Made by a program: the position numbers and the translations under genes
The notes under the pieces: generated by a model
Told to the model about the DNA's origin: nothing
Databases searched by the model: none
Seen by the model: only the letters and a program-made list of their open reading frames with translations
Shown: positions 28,182 through 38,087 of the stretch, one piece after another
Position numbering within the stretch: position 1 is the stretch's first letter
Layout: every line of letters begins with the position of its first letter
IMG/VR virus record: IMGVR_UViG_3300042469_000981
Reading direction: 5' to 3' (one strand)
Length of the DNA stretch: 64,000 nucleotides
From: a virus

Positions 28182-29917
28182 TATTTTGTTGCGTTATAGT
28201 TTTGTAAGACTTCGTCTGCTGTTAATCCTCTGTTATATAAGTTAACACTAGCTATGTTACCATTAAAAAATCCACCAACAGCTCCCCCAACATAAGCTCC
28301 TATTTGAACAGGAACTGTTGTTGATGTTACGGCTGTATTGAAGCTTGAATTAGTTTGTTTTAATACACCATTGATATATACCTTACCATTACCTGCACCA
28401 TCTGATGTGGCAACAACATGATTCCATTGGTTATATTGTATATTTGTAAGTGCAGGATTATTTACGTAAGTCCAATTTGAATTGAACACTCCAAACCAAA
28501 TATATGGAGTTCCTGTATCATTAGCAATGTACAATTCAAAACTTCTTTCATTAGCACCATAAGTTGCTCTAGTACATATAATTTCGTAGGTTCCATTAGG
28601 TACAATATTAGCATAAAACCATGCTTCTATTGAAAAATTAGCATTAGCAAAATCATATGCTGAATTGTATGTAGTATTTATATAATCATCAGTTCCATCA
28701 AATACAATAACACCTCCATCTTTAGGACTAAACGTAGGTCCATTAGTTAAAGTACCATTAACACTTCCTGTTAAATTGTACCATGCGGTTCCTGATTTAG
28801 GATATGATACTAAATTACCAGCATCTAAAGCAAATACTAATCCACTTGTTACTATTGGACCACCGTAGTAGTTTTGAGCTACTTCTGCTGCTGTGAGTGC
28901 TTTAGGATAAACTAAAGCTTGAGCTATATCCCCAGTTAATATTTCACTAGCTGCTGAAGGAGTATAGGAACTTAAAACATGTACTCCGTTAGTTCCTCCA
29001 TTACTTCCAATATTAACTCCCGTTTGAGTTGCTACTCCATTTAAATAAGCAGTTGCTGTTGAACCATTGTAAGTCATTGTTAAATGATAAAAACGTCCTG
29101 TAGCTATAGTGCCTCCGTTGGTGTAAAGTAATCCACCCCCACCTCCATTTCTACCATACATGAAAGCATTATTACTGTAAAATCCAATCTGAGAAAGTAA
29201 TCCTCCTGTACCTAATACTGTTTGGTAAGTACCACCACCACTAGTTCTAGCTACAGCAGTTAATGTAAAAGAAGAAGTAGTATTACTTGGTAAAGTTGTG
29301 TTAACAGCTACAGCATAATCATCTGATCCGTCAAAATTAATCCATCCGTTTGAGTTATAAGTAGGCCCGTTAATTAAATTAAATCTATTATTTTGACCAC
29401 TTATATCATACCAAGTAGATCCTGTTGTAGGGTATGAAATAATTTGATTACCATGAATATATAACCCTAAATTATCAGCATCAATTTGCTCATAATAATC
29501 AGGCCCAACAGCAAAATAATTACTAGAAGAGGCAATCCAATTCAACGCTTGTGAACCAGAGTTAAATGGAGTTTGACCTATTCTATCCGGTAAACCATTT
29601 ACAATTGTTATAACATCTAAAGAAGATGTACCTACTGTTACCCAAAACACAGGAGCTGAATATTCATCTACTGCAGGTAAACCGCCTTCAACATAAGCAC
29701 CTCCCGCGTTTGAGCGAGATACATAGTAGTTAGCTGTATAATTATCTGAAATAATTGTATAGAATTGTCCGTTATTTGGAATATCGGAATACCAATTAGT
29801 ACTGTTGTAGTTTTGCCCGTAATTTTTTCCGGCAGTTTCTACCCCGTAACTAACTCTGGATGTCTGTAAGCTTCCTGAAATTGGGGATAGGTCATTAACA
29901 GCTACTGGGTTTGGCAT
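28181..29917 (-). CDS. Fibre/adhesin with two LamG domains
   Basis: Same N-terminal domain family (MPNPVAV...SPISGS) plus two LamG repeats. Confidence 0.8.
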   Translation of the reverse strand: MPNPVAVNDLSPISGSLQTSRVSYGVETAGKNYGQNYNSTNWYSDIPNNGQFYTIISDNYTANYYVSRSNAGGAYVEGGLPAVDEYSAPVFWVTVGTSSLDVITIVNGLPDRIGQTPFNSGSQALNWIASSSNYFAVGPDYYEQIDADNLGLYIHGNQIISYPTTGSTWYDISGQNNRFNLINGPTYNSNGWINFDGSDDYAVAVNTTLPSNTTSSFTLTAVARTSGGGTYQTVLGTGGLLSQIGFYSNNAFMYGRNGGGGGLLYTNGGTIATGRFYHLTMTYNGSTATAYLNGVATQTGVNIGSNGGTNGVHVLSSYTPSAASEILTGDIAQALVYPKALTAAEVAQNYYGGPIVTSGLVFALDAGNLVSYPKSGTAWYNLTGSVNGTLTNGPTFSPKDGGVIVFDGTDDYINTTYNSAYDFANANFSIEAWFYANIVPNGTYEIICTRATYGANERSFELYIANDTGTPYIWFGVFNSNWTYVNNPALTNIQYNQWNHVVATSDGAGNGKVYINGVLKQTNSSFNTAVTSTTVPVQIGAYVGGAVGGFFNGNIASVNLYNRGLTADEVLQNYNATK

Positions 29918-29926
29918 AGTGTATGA

Positions 29927-30310
29927 TTATAAATATGGAGAACCGGTAGGTGCTGAACCTGTAGGACATTCAAATCGTTCGCAATAATCTTTTTGGTAAA
30001 TAGGCATTGCATTACCAAATGTGGTTAACTCTGTACCAGGAAAAGGCCATACCTCACTTGAACTGAAATTAGGTAATGGTTCTTGATTCCATAAAATATC
30101 TACTGCTGATGCTGTAGACCAAAGTGAGCAAGACATAATAGGCATTCCCATAGGAGAGCTTGCGCTTACATACTGTTCACAAATTGGACCCATAACATAA
30201 ACTGTTTGGGTATATTGCCAAGTTGTTTCACCACCAGGTGTTGTAATGCTTTGTGTTATCTCATTTAATAGAGATAAATCATTCATTAAATATTTTCTGT
30301 ATTGATACAT
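29927..30310 (-). CDS. Hypothetical protein
   Basis: 127-aa ORF tightly packed within the fibre cluster. Confidence 0.6.
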   Translation of the reverse strand: MYQYRKYLMNDLSLLNEITQSITTPGGETTWQYTQTVYVMGPICEQYVSASSPMGMPIMSCSLWSTASAVDILWNQEPLPNFSSSEVWPFPGTELTTFGNAMPIYQKDYCERFECPTGSAPTGSPYL

Positions 30311-30311
30311 A

Positions 30312-30650
30312 TTAAATTGATCCAGTTGGCATACAAGGTACTTCTACCCAATTAATAATTGATTCATCCCAAACGTAACACTTACCATCATTTGGATAAG
30401 GCACAGGAGCTACCCAATCATAATTTGAGTCTAAAACCCAAGACGGGTAAGGTTGGGGACATATAAATACATTTGCTTCAGCATCGTAGGTATAACCTAT
30501 ACCCGCGTATTGTTTGCGGAATGAACCGTCTATTGATGTCTCTATCCAATTAGTAGGATCGCCTTCGGCGCCTGTATTGATAAATTCTTGAGTGGCTACT
30601 ATAACAGTAGTAACAACACTGTATTGGTTTATGTGTGCGAAGTATCCCAT
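30312..30650 (-). CDS. Fibre-associated small protein
   Basis: MGYFAHI...WIETS...FRKQYAGIGYTYD...FI.PQPYPSW.L...W.APVPYP.DG..Y.WDE; by recollection, a family often found next to Gly-rich fibres. Confidence 0.7.
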   Translation of the reverse strand: MGYFAHINQYSVVTTVIVATQEFINTGAEGDPTNWIETSIDGSFRKQYAGIGYTYDAEANVFICPQPYPSWVLDSNYDWVAPVPYPNDGKCYVWDESIINWVEVPCMPTGSI

Positions 30651-30829
30651 TGTGTTTTATCTTTTTCTATTTGTTCGTTTATTTCTTCCCAAGTAGGAGG
30701 TTGTGTTCCTGTAGGATCATTCCACTTGGTAAATGTTGTATTATATAATTCAAATTGAGCATGTGGACGTAATTTTTTAACTGCTACATCTACACCCCAT
30801 AACCCTAAATATTGTTCAAAAATATCCAT
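30629..30829 (-). CDS. XkdW-like small tail protein
   Basis: LRPHAQFEL...W.DP.G..PPTWEEI pattern. Confidence 0.55.
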   Translation of the reverse strand: MDIFEQYLGLWGVDVAVKKLRPHAQFELYNTTFTKWNDPTGTQPPTWEEINEQIEKDKTQWDTSHT

Positions 30830-30830
30830 A

Positions 30831-33407
30831 TTAAGTTAAATAACGTACTATTACTATACCTGAGCCACCATTTCCAGCTGTAGTAGCATTAGCACCACCA
30901 CCACCTCCTCCACCTGTATTTGAAACACCTGAAGTATTAGGGGTTAAAACTCCATTAATTAATCCAACACTATTACCTCCTCCTCCAAGTCCACCAAGAC
31001 CTGAATTAGGAATAGTTCCTGAGAAGTTATGACTACCTCCACCTCCACCTCCACCTGAGTAATAGGTAGAAAATCCAGTAATTGAATATGCTAAACCATC
31101 TCCACCGGCTGTTCCATCTAGAACACCTGAGGTATCTGTAGAGTTTTCACCAGCTTCACCAGCACCACCACCTCCACCTGCAGATCTTGAACTATTAAGA
31201 TCATCTCCTCCTTTATTACCTTGACCAGTAATACCTGCAGCACCTGCTACTCCTGAGTCACCACCAGCTCCACCACCAGATCCTCCTATACTAGGTACAT
31301 TTGGATTTTGATCAGCACCTCCTCTACCACCACCAATAGCAGTTAATCCGCCAAATACAGAATTTGACCCGTTAGTAGCATTGTTTTGATCAATAGTACC
31401 TCCACTACCACCGGCACCAATAGTTACAGTAATACCACTACCTGCGGAAACACCATAAGAAGATACATAAAGTAATCCTCCGGCACCTCCGCCTCCTCCT
31501 CCTCCACCATTAACATTAGATTCAGCTCCTCCACCTCCACCACCTCCAGCAACAACAAGTACTTCTACTTGACCTGTAAATGAAGGAGTAAAGGTTGCTG
31601 AACCTGTAAATGTATGAATAGTAAATGGTCCTGAATATGAAATTGTACCACCTGAACCTGAATTGAAATTAGTCCAAGCTTGAACTTGGGCTTGACTTAT
31701 TGAAGTATCAGGAATAGAAGCTAATGTATTTACAGCAAAATTATTACCAGGGACAGCATAAGTTTGCATATTTGTAAAATAAAGAGCATCAAAATATGTT
31801 CCTGTATATAGTAAAGATCCATTTACATACCAATATGAATTGGTATTGGTAAAATACCAAGCAGATCTATTTTTACCTTGTTTAGGAGTAAAACTCCCAG
31901 CATAAAAATATCCACCACTATTGTTTCCATCCCAATATATTTGTCCTGATCCTCCTAAATTAGCAAAATAAAAATAATCTGATCCTGCAGACGGGTTATT
32001 ATATAAAAATGTGTCGTAACGATTTCCACTTTCAAAATTATAAAAATCAAAATCATATAATATAACTCCAGGTTTAGAAGCAAATGCTTTTGTAGGACCA
32101 GGTGAATTGAAAACAACATCATTAGCAGCTCTAGTTACTGTTGCTGAAGTTGTTGGGATGTATGATGTTGCAAAATTTCCTTCTTCGCTTTGGGCTCCCC
32201 AAATATAAACATAATCCCCAACTGCGTAACCACCGGCAAAATAAGGATTAATAGATCGGTTAGCATCCATTTTAACTCCTATGCGATACCATCCATCTTT
32301 ATAAGGTTCAATTGTACCTGTTCCACTTATTATAGTTCCGTTATATAAATTAAATTCTGTACCAAAAGATGTATTTCCTCTATATAAACTTAATCTACCA
32401 ACATTTCCTGCTTTAGCGAATATAGTTGTATATCCGTCACTTACAGGAGCTGATGTTCCTATTTCTCCACTAGTAGCTGTTAATACTAGTTTAGATGCGT
32501 TCATAGTACCGTCAGGAGAGATAGCAGCACTTCCTGTTACAGTAACACTATATTTACCCCAAACAGCATTAGTAAAATCTTGACTATAAGTGTTTACATT
32601 TGTTCTTTGTGGTTCTTGTAATAATTTACCTTTACCATTTTTATAATCAATTCGAGGATAACCTAAACGGTCTGTTGTTGGTTGGTATGGTTTTACACCA
32701 CCTGTATTAAACATAGCACCCCACACAAATACACTTGTACCTGTGCCAACGTAACCGGCAGATGTAAATGTTGATTGGTTTAATAACATACATAAAAAGT
32801 ATAAGTTACCTCCAATCAATGAAGTTGCATATGTAAAAGTTCCAGTTACATAATACCAACCACCACCTACATTTGTTATTGTAGAAGTTAGAGTATCACC
32901 CCCTGTGTTTACAAAATTTTGAGTAATTGTACCATTTACTAAATCAACAACTACTTGACTTCTGTAGACACTATCATCTGTAAGACCAAAACTAAAATAT
33001 TGGTGATTATTGTATTTTACATAAAGAGAAAAAGACATTGTTTGTGGGCTTCCATACCCTGTAAATGCTCCTTGATATACTCTATGGGCGGCATTATTAC
33101 TATTATTAGCTATAGTATCTGCAGTTGTTGTTCCGTTAGGTGCTATAGTACTGTTTGCTGTTACAGATGTATCATTTAATATCCACGGACTAGATCCAAT
33201 TGCCTCACTTTGATTTATTAAATTAGCCGGTACTGTTTCAATATAACCTTGTTGGTTAACTCGAGTACCACCTCCACTATTTCCACCAACAGCACCATCA
33301 ACAGTACCATCATTAGGTAAAACAGAATATACCTTATCTTCTTGATAAGAAATTATACTACCCGCAGGATTAAAAATAAAAGAGGAATTATTGAGTATAC
33401 TCGCCAT
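30831..33407 (-). CDS. Fibre/spike protein with two beta-sandwich repeats and a C-terminal glycine-rich domain
   Basis: Two N....S..(I/F)....W...TAPxGT repeats ending VWGA; C-terminal VEVLVVAGGGGGG...GGSGIVIVRY. Confidence 0.72.
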   Translation of the reverse strand: MASILNNSSFIFNPAGSIISYQEDKVYSVLPNDGTVDGAVGGNSGGGTRVNQQGYIETVPANLINQSEAIGSSPWILNDTSVTANSTIAPNGTTTADTIANNSNNAAHRVYQGAFTGYGSPQTMSFSLYVKYNNHQYFSFGLTDDSVYRSQVVVDLVNGTITQNFVNTGGDTLTSTITNVGGGWYYVTGTFTYATSLIGGNLYFLCMLLNQSTFTSAGYVGTGTSVFVWGAMFNTGGVKPYQPTTDRLGYPRIDYKNGKGKLLQEPQRTNVNTYSQDFTNAVWGKYSVTVTGSAAISPDGTMNASKLVLTATSGEIGTSAPVSDGYTTIFAKAGNVGRLSLYRGNTSFGTEFNLYNGTIISGTGTIEPYKDGWYRIGVKMDANRSINPYFAGGYAVGDYVYIWGAQSEEGNFATSYIPTTSATVTRAANDVVFNSPGPTKAFASKPGVILYDFDFYNFESGNRYDTFLYNNPSAGSDYFYFANLGGSGQIYWDGNNSGGYFYAGSFTPKQGKNRSAWYFTNTNSYWYVNGSLLYTGTYFDALYFTNMQTYAVPGNNFAVNTLASIPDTSISQAQVQAWTNFNSGSGGTISYSGPFTIHTFTGSATFTPSFTGQVEVLVVAGGGGGGGAESNVNGGGGGGGGAGGLLYVSSYGVSAGSGITVTIGAGGSGGTIDQNNATNGSNSVFGGLTAIGGGRGGADQNPNVPSIGGSGGGAGGDSGVAGAAGITGQGNKGGDDLNSSRSAGGGGGAGEAGENSTDTSGVLDGTAGGDGLAYSITGFSTYYSGGGGGGGSHNFSGTIPNSGLGGLGGGGNSVGLINGVLTPNTSGVSNTGGGGGGGANATTAGNGGSGIVIVRYLT

Positions 33408-33441
33408 TTAGTAACAGTTATATGTTATAAATATTGTATCT

Positions 33442-34557
33442 TTATAAAGCAGTAATGAAGTAAGTTTCATATCCTCCATGACACCAACCGTAACCAAGTG
33501 GGAATTTCTCACTCATTAAATCATGAATAGAATTTTCCGGAATGTTACTACGTTCATCAAACTTTAGTTTAATGTGGATGCCTGGATTAGTTTGTTTTAG
33601 TTTATCTATAATGTTAGTTAGACTACTGAATGTTTGTTCGTTAAGGCAAACTATAACTTCGTCAAATTTCATATCTGAAGTACTATCAAAGTACAAATCA
33701 TGATCAAAGAATAATTCCTTTAGTAGCTGACGTTCATATACCTTAATATCTTCTTTTACATAAAGTATACTCTGTCTTGAAGATGCTGTATTAAAATCAC
33801 CCATAGCAAAATCTCTAGATTGATACTTGATAGGTAGGTAGTATAATGAGGTTGTTAGTTTGTCTGGATTGTTTAAGTAAGGGAACTTGCTTTCAATAAA
33901 TAATCTTTCTGCTTCAATCTCAGCATAAGTTTCACCTGATCTTCCTGGTTCTCTTGAAAATGTGTCTATTGAGTAGTTATACTCATATAAGGTTCTAGGA
34001 ATATACAACCATTTTCCTTTAGTTTCAACATATCTAACTATGTTAGTATCGTTTTGATACCACTTTAATTGACCCTCGTCAAAACTAGGTATAATATTTC
34101 TCCAAGCCCGTCCCATTGGGGTATAGTTAAAAGTAGATATTTCTTCATAATCATAGTGGCCTCCTCCTTGAATTTCTACAAATTCACCTTTTTCATTTAT
34201 ATTTTTTGAATAACAGCTTATACCCGCTACATCAGGATGTTTTAAAAATAAGTGATTGTAAACCTCTAAAATGCGAGGATAAGCATAATCATCACTATCA
34301 AACTGAATTACTATTTCTCCGGTTGTTCCAGATTGTGGATTATAAAAGCATTCTTTTTTTCTAGACTGCTGATAGTACTTTACTCTAGAATCTTTTTTAC
34401 AAATTTCCTTTAGTAATTCTTCAGCATTGTTATAGTCTGAAAAGTCATCAGTAACAATCCATTCCCAATCTTGATGGGTTTGGTCTAGAATTTGTTTGTA
34501 TAGTTTTTCAACTAAATGGCTTCTTCTATAGAATGATGTGCTTATACTAAATTTCAT
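33442..34557 (-). CDS. GT-A (family 2-like) glycosyltransferase
   Basis: FSISTSFY...WEWIVTDDFS...QFDSDDY (DxD); start at ATG 34557 overlapping the upstream stop (ATGA). Confidence 0.85.
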   Translation of the reverse strand: MKFSISTSFYRRSHLVEKLYKQILDQTHQDWEWIVTDDFSDYNNAEELLKEICKKDSRVKYYQQSRKKECFYNPQSGTTGEIVIQFDSDDYAYPRILEVYNHLFLKHPDVAGISCYSKNINEKGEFVEIQGGGHYDYEEISTFNYTPMGRAWRNIIPSFDEGQLKWYQNDTNIVRYVETKGKWLYIPRTLYEYNYSIDTFSREPGRSGETYAEIEAERLFIESKFPYLNNPDKLTTSLYYLPIKYQSRDFAMGDFNTASSRQSILYVKEDIKVYERQLLKELFFDHDLYFDSTSDMKFDEVIVCLNEQTFSSLTNIIDKLKQTNPGIHIKLKFDERSNIPENSIHDLMSEKFPLGYGWCHGGYETYFITAL

Positions 34558-35168
34558 GGTTTCCAGATTCCTATCCCACCGAAGTGTTCTTTTTGTCCAA
34601 AACAAGTTGTTTTACCTGATGATTTTATAGTAACTATGTTAGTTTTAGAACCATAAGATAGGTCCTGCCAAAATTTATATACCTGTCCACCAGCACCATC
34701 TCTAAAGATATGGTCAGGATCAATATCATGAAACACAATATACCCTCTAGGTGACAATAATTCTTGATATAATTCAAAATCACGTCTTACACCTTCATAT
34801 GAATGATCTCCATCAATAAAAATTAGATCATATTCAGGGCAGAACTCTTTAACTTTATCTCTTGTTTCTTCAGTTTGTGAATCAGCTATAAATAACTTAA
34901 AGTCTTCTCCATACATCATATAGTGAGACCAAATTGTTCTACCTTTATCCTCATAATCAACAGCTGCTTTTTTACCTGTTGATAATTGAGACATAATATG
35001 AAATGAACTTCCTTTAAATCCAATTTCTAGGATATTGTTAGCTTGAAATCCTTTAAGCCAGTAACCAAATGTAGTTATCTCCTCATAAACCTGCTGGAAT
35101 AAAGTAGGTTCGATAAGGAAATCCTTAACATGATAGTCAATTAATTCCTGTATACTTATGTCTTTCAT
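34554..35168 (-). CDS. Class I SAM methyltransferase (Methyltransf_24-like)
   Basis: ILEIGFKGS, YDLIFIDGDHSYEGV..DF, GGY-like PRGYIVFHD. Confidence 0.85.
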   Translation of the reverse strand: MKDISIQELIDYHVKDFLIEPTLFQQVYEEITTFGYWLKGFQANNILEIGFKGSSFHIMSQLSTGKKAAVDYEDKGRTIWSHYMMYGEDFKLFIADSQTEETRDKVKEFCPEYDLIFIDGDHSYEGVRRDFELYQELLSPRGYIVFHDIDPDHIFRDGAGGQVYKFWQDLSYGSKTNIVTIKSSGKTTCFGQKEHFGGIGIWKP

Positions 35169-36118
35169 TAGCTAAAAAAGAATACTGTTCCGTTTTCACT
35201 TTCAATATTACATCCATCTTCAAATTGGCATTTAAATCCTAATGAATTAAAACGTTCAACTATAGAATTTAAACGTCCTTGTGAATTGTGGTATTCTAAA
35301 AGAATTTTATCTGTTATTTCGAATATAGCATTTGATGTACTATCAATAACATTCCATTCTTCACCTTCAATATCTAATTTTAAAAGATTAATTTTATTCC
35401 AACCTAAAGTATTTACTACATTCTGCAGGGTTGTTGTTTGTACTATTTTAGTATTAGGATTATCGAAAGTAGAAAATTCACTGTGCTGAATATCTAAAGT
35501 TGAGATTAAAGGATTATCTTCCTTCCAGTATAAAGCGGTTTGTTCTTCTCGGTCAGATAGTGCTTCACCGATAATAGTTATATTAATATTATCTAAAAAA
35601 TTACTAATTAAAGCCTTGATGCTTCTATCATCACATTCTATAGCAGCTACAAGCTTGGCTCCTTTATTTAAAATGTATTGAGTAAATAAACCGACACTGG
35701 CCCCAGCGTCAATTACCTTCTCACAATTACTCAAATCAAAGTCTTTATATTTGTCATCAACAAAAAACTCTCGGTAATTAACAAATGATGGATGGTAGTA
35801 ATCGTTTATATTCTGTTTATGCTTGTATAGATTAGTGTATCTAAACCTCAAAATGATTCTGTCTAAGACTACACCTTCATCAATTAATTCTAAGGTAAAA
35901 CCTCCAAAATCCTCTCTACTAAAATCAAATCCGTGTTTAGGGGTTGGTTGGAAGAATACATAAAGACCGGGTTGTACGTCCCATATCTTCATTTTGTATA
36001 TAGTAGCATCTAAATCAATGTCTTTAGCTACTATGTAACCATTCTTAACAGGGTGATAAACACGAAGATCAATTCGCTGTTCATCAAAATTGTAATTTAT
36101 TAATTCAAAACTTTTCAT
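35168..36118 (-). CDS. FkbM-family methyltransferase
   Basis: VIDAGASVGLFT...AIECD...LLKLDIEGEE. Confidence 0.88.
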   Translation of the reverse strand: MKSFELINYNFDEQRIDLRVYHPVKNGYIVAKDIDLDATIYKMKIWDVQPGLYVFFQPTPKHGFDFSREDFGGFTLELIDEGVVLDRIILRFRYTNLYKHKQNINDYYHPSFVNYREFFVDDKYKDFDLSNCEKVIDAGASVGLFTQYILNKGAKLVAAIECDDRSIKALISNFLDNINITIIGEALSDREEQTALYWKEDNPLISTLDIQHSEFSTFDNPNTKIVQTTTLQNVVNTLGWNKINLLKLDIEGEEWNVIDSTSNAIFEITDKILLEYHNSQGRLNSIVERFNSLGFKCQFEDGCNIESENGTVFFFS

Positions 36119-36143
36119 TATTTATAAAACTTTTTATTTTCTT

Positions 36144-36890
36144 TTACCCTAGTAACGGGACTATCCCGGCGTAGAGTGGTTCTCCAGTTATGCTAAATGG
36201 AGTTGTGTCTCCTCCAAGTACAACTGCTCCTTTAACTAAGTTACCGGCACTCAAACCAAGTGTATTCTGTATTGTATAACTGTTTTCTGTGTAAGCTAAA
36301 ATATTTGCTACAATCCTAGCTTTGTCTCCAGGTGTAGCTAAGTTAAAGCTAAATGGTGGTTGTGTCCAAGAAATATTATTTATCAAACTTACCCAAGTTC
36401 CTTCTGATGCTAGTGGGTTAGATGAATTAGGTAATCCTCTTTGTGATTTCCATCCATTCTGAAATAAATCATCTTCGTCGGTGAAAGCGTACTGTACTAT
36501 GTGAGATCCAGCGGCGAATGTAGAATCATTCAACGAAGGTGTTACTATGTAGTAAGCATTACCTGCAGGTTCATTAAGTGAAGTAAAGGTTACTCCTGGT
36601 GCTGCTGTAGCAATAGAGGCAGAGTCTATAGTATAAGCCGATAATTGAACGAAGTATAATTTACCTCTAGTTGTTCCTACAGGATAGGGAGTATACATTT
36701 GAAAGTCTTTTAATGCATTATTTCCTCTACTTCCAGTAGGCCATGTAAATTTATTATTTGGAGTAGAGGGAGGTGTGATGCCTAAGTAAGCATAGTTGTA
36801 GTTACTAGAAGCCATTTGGCCATTCCAAAAAGTATCTAATGATCCTGTGTTATTAGCACCTACGCCGGTTGCCATCCAAATTCCTGCCAT
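36144..36890 (-). CDS. Hypothetical protein inside the glycosylation cluster
   Basis: 248-aa ORF with its own upstream ATATTTAT motif. Confidence 0.65.
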   Translation of the reverse strand: MAGIWMATGVGANNTGSLDTFWNGQMASSNYNYAYLGITPPSTPNNKFTWPTGSRGNNALKDFQMYTPYPVGTTRGKLYFVQLSAYTIDSASIATAAPGVTFTSLNEPAGNAYYIVTPSLNDSTFAAGSHIVQYAFTDEDDLFQNGWKSQRGLPNSSNPLASEGTWVSLINNISWTQPPFSFNLATPGDKARIVANILAYTENSYTIQNTLGLSAGNLVKGAVVLGGDTTPFSITGEPLYAGIVPLLG

Positions 36891-36893
36891 ATA

Positions 36894-38087
36894 TTAATAA
36901 ATATCCAAAAGTTTATTAACTGACATAATTACTTGATCTGGAGTAATAGTTTTAGTACATTCAAATTGGCGAGGGGTATCTTTATGGTCTGGACACCATT
37001 CCCAGTCGCCTGGATCTAACCATTTGCGGTTAAAACATCCTTTACATGTTTTAGGATCTTCAGGATAAACACGTTCACATTCCTGGAATTCAGTATATGG
37101 ATGGCTAAATCCTGAAATCATAATTGTAGGTGTGTTTAAAGACCAGGATAACCAACTTAATCCACTACCTACACCAATAAACATTTTAGCATCCCTAATA
37201 TCAACCATTCTGTCTTGTAATGGTAAATCTCCAGTTTTATTAATTACACCTGTTAAAGTACCTCCTAGTTTAGAGTCATGCCATTCATCACCTAAAGGCT
37301 CTTGAGTAAGCATTACTACTTTATAACCTTTATCATTTAAATAATCAATAACAGTTTGCCATCCTCCTTTATAATTCCAATACTTAGCATGGGCTGAAGC
37401 ATGAGGAGCAATAACAACATAATCACCTTTAATATCTGTTTTTGTTTTAGGTGAGTTTATAATAGGTTTAACTTCAGAGTATTTTAACCCTAAAATTTCA
37501 CTTGCTGTTTGTTGTAAAGGATATTTTTTAAAGTCAATTGGTATCTTATCAAATATAACTTTTTTATCATCATAAAACCAACCAAGATTATACATTGCAT
37601 AAAGGTTATCTACTTGAGAACCAGGTTTTACAAACTCAATATGTGGGTAATTTCCTTCAAACCATTCATTGTGGAATGTAGAACAAATTACATCACACAT
37701 AAATGTTTTTCTAAATTCTTCAATGTAAGGGAACCATGCTAAAGTATCACCCATAGCCCCAGAATCAATGTGTATATAAACGCGTTTATCTTTTACACAC
37801 CAATCATGATCAAATACTAAATTGTTGTTACTATAAACTTCTATACGCCAATTAACACAATATTTAATGTTGGTACGAGTCCACATATTGTTATTAATTG
37901 TACTTTCATGTAATACACGATTTGTTTTTTTATTAATAAATTTAACTTTATATTCTTGTTCTGATGGTCCTAAAACTTCTAAGAAAGCACCATTAACAAA
38001 ATTAACATTAAAAGTGTTTTGTGGTTTTTTGTTTTTAATATTTAATATTTTAGTATTACTATATTCTTTAACCAATATGTCTTTCAT
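36894..38087 (-). CDS. Aah/TibC-like (autotransporter strand-loop-strand) O-heptosyltransferase homologue
   Basis: HIDSGAMGDTLAWFPY, PLQQTASEILGL, FIGVGSGLSWLSW, ISGFS, and a C-terminal four-Cys motif CKGC...WCP.H..T.RQFEC matching the TibC iron-finger. Confidence 0.8.
   Translation of the reverse strand: MKDILVKEYSNTKILNIKNKKPQNTFNVNFVNGAFLEVLGPSEQEYKVKFINKKTNRVLHESTINNNMWTRTNIKYCVNWRIEVYSNNNLVFDHDWCVKDKRVYIHIDSGAMGDTLAWFPYIEEFRKTFMCDVICSTFHNEWFEGNYPHIEFVKPGSQVDNLYAMYNLGWFYDDKKVIFDKIPIDFKKYPLQQTASEILGLKYSEVKPIINSPKTKTDIKGDYVVIAPHASAHAKYWNYKGGWQTVIDYLNDKGYKVVMLTQEPLGDEWHDSKLGGTLTGVINKTGDLPLQDRMVDIRDAKMFIGVGSGLSWLSWSLNTPTIMISGFSHPYTEFQECERVYPEDPKTCKGCFNRKWLDPGDWEWCPDHKDTPRQFECTKTITPDQVIMSVNKLLDIY

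Noticed and set aside
22555-28815. Near-identical cassettes in the LamG genes as a possible DGR template/variable repeat pair
   Set aside because: The differences are mostly synonymous and not adenine-specific, all copies are inside ORFs, and there is no reverse transcriptase in the window.
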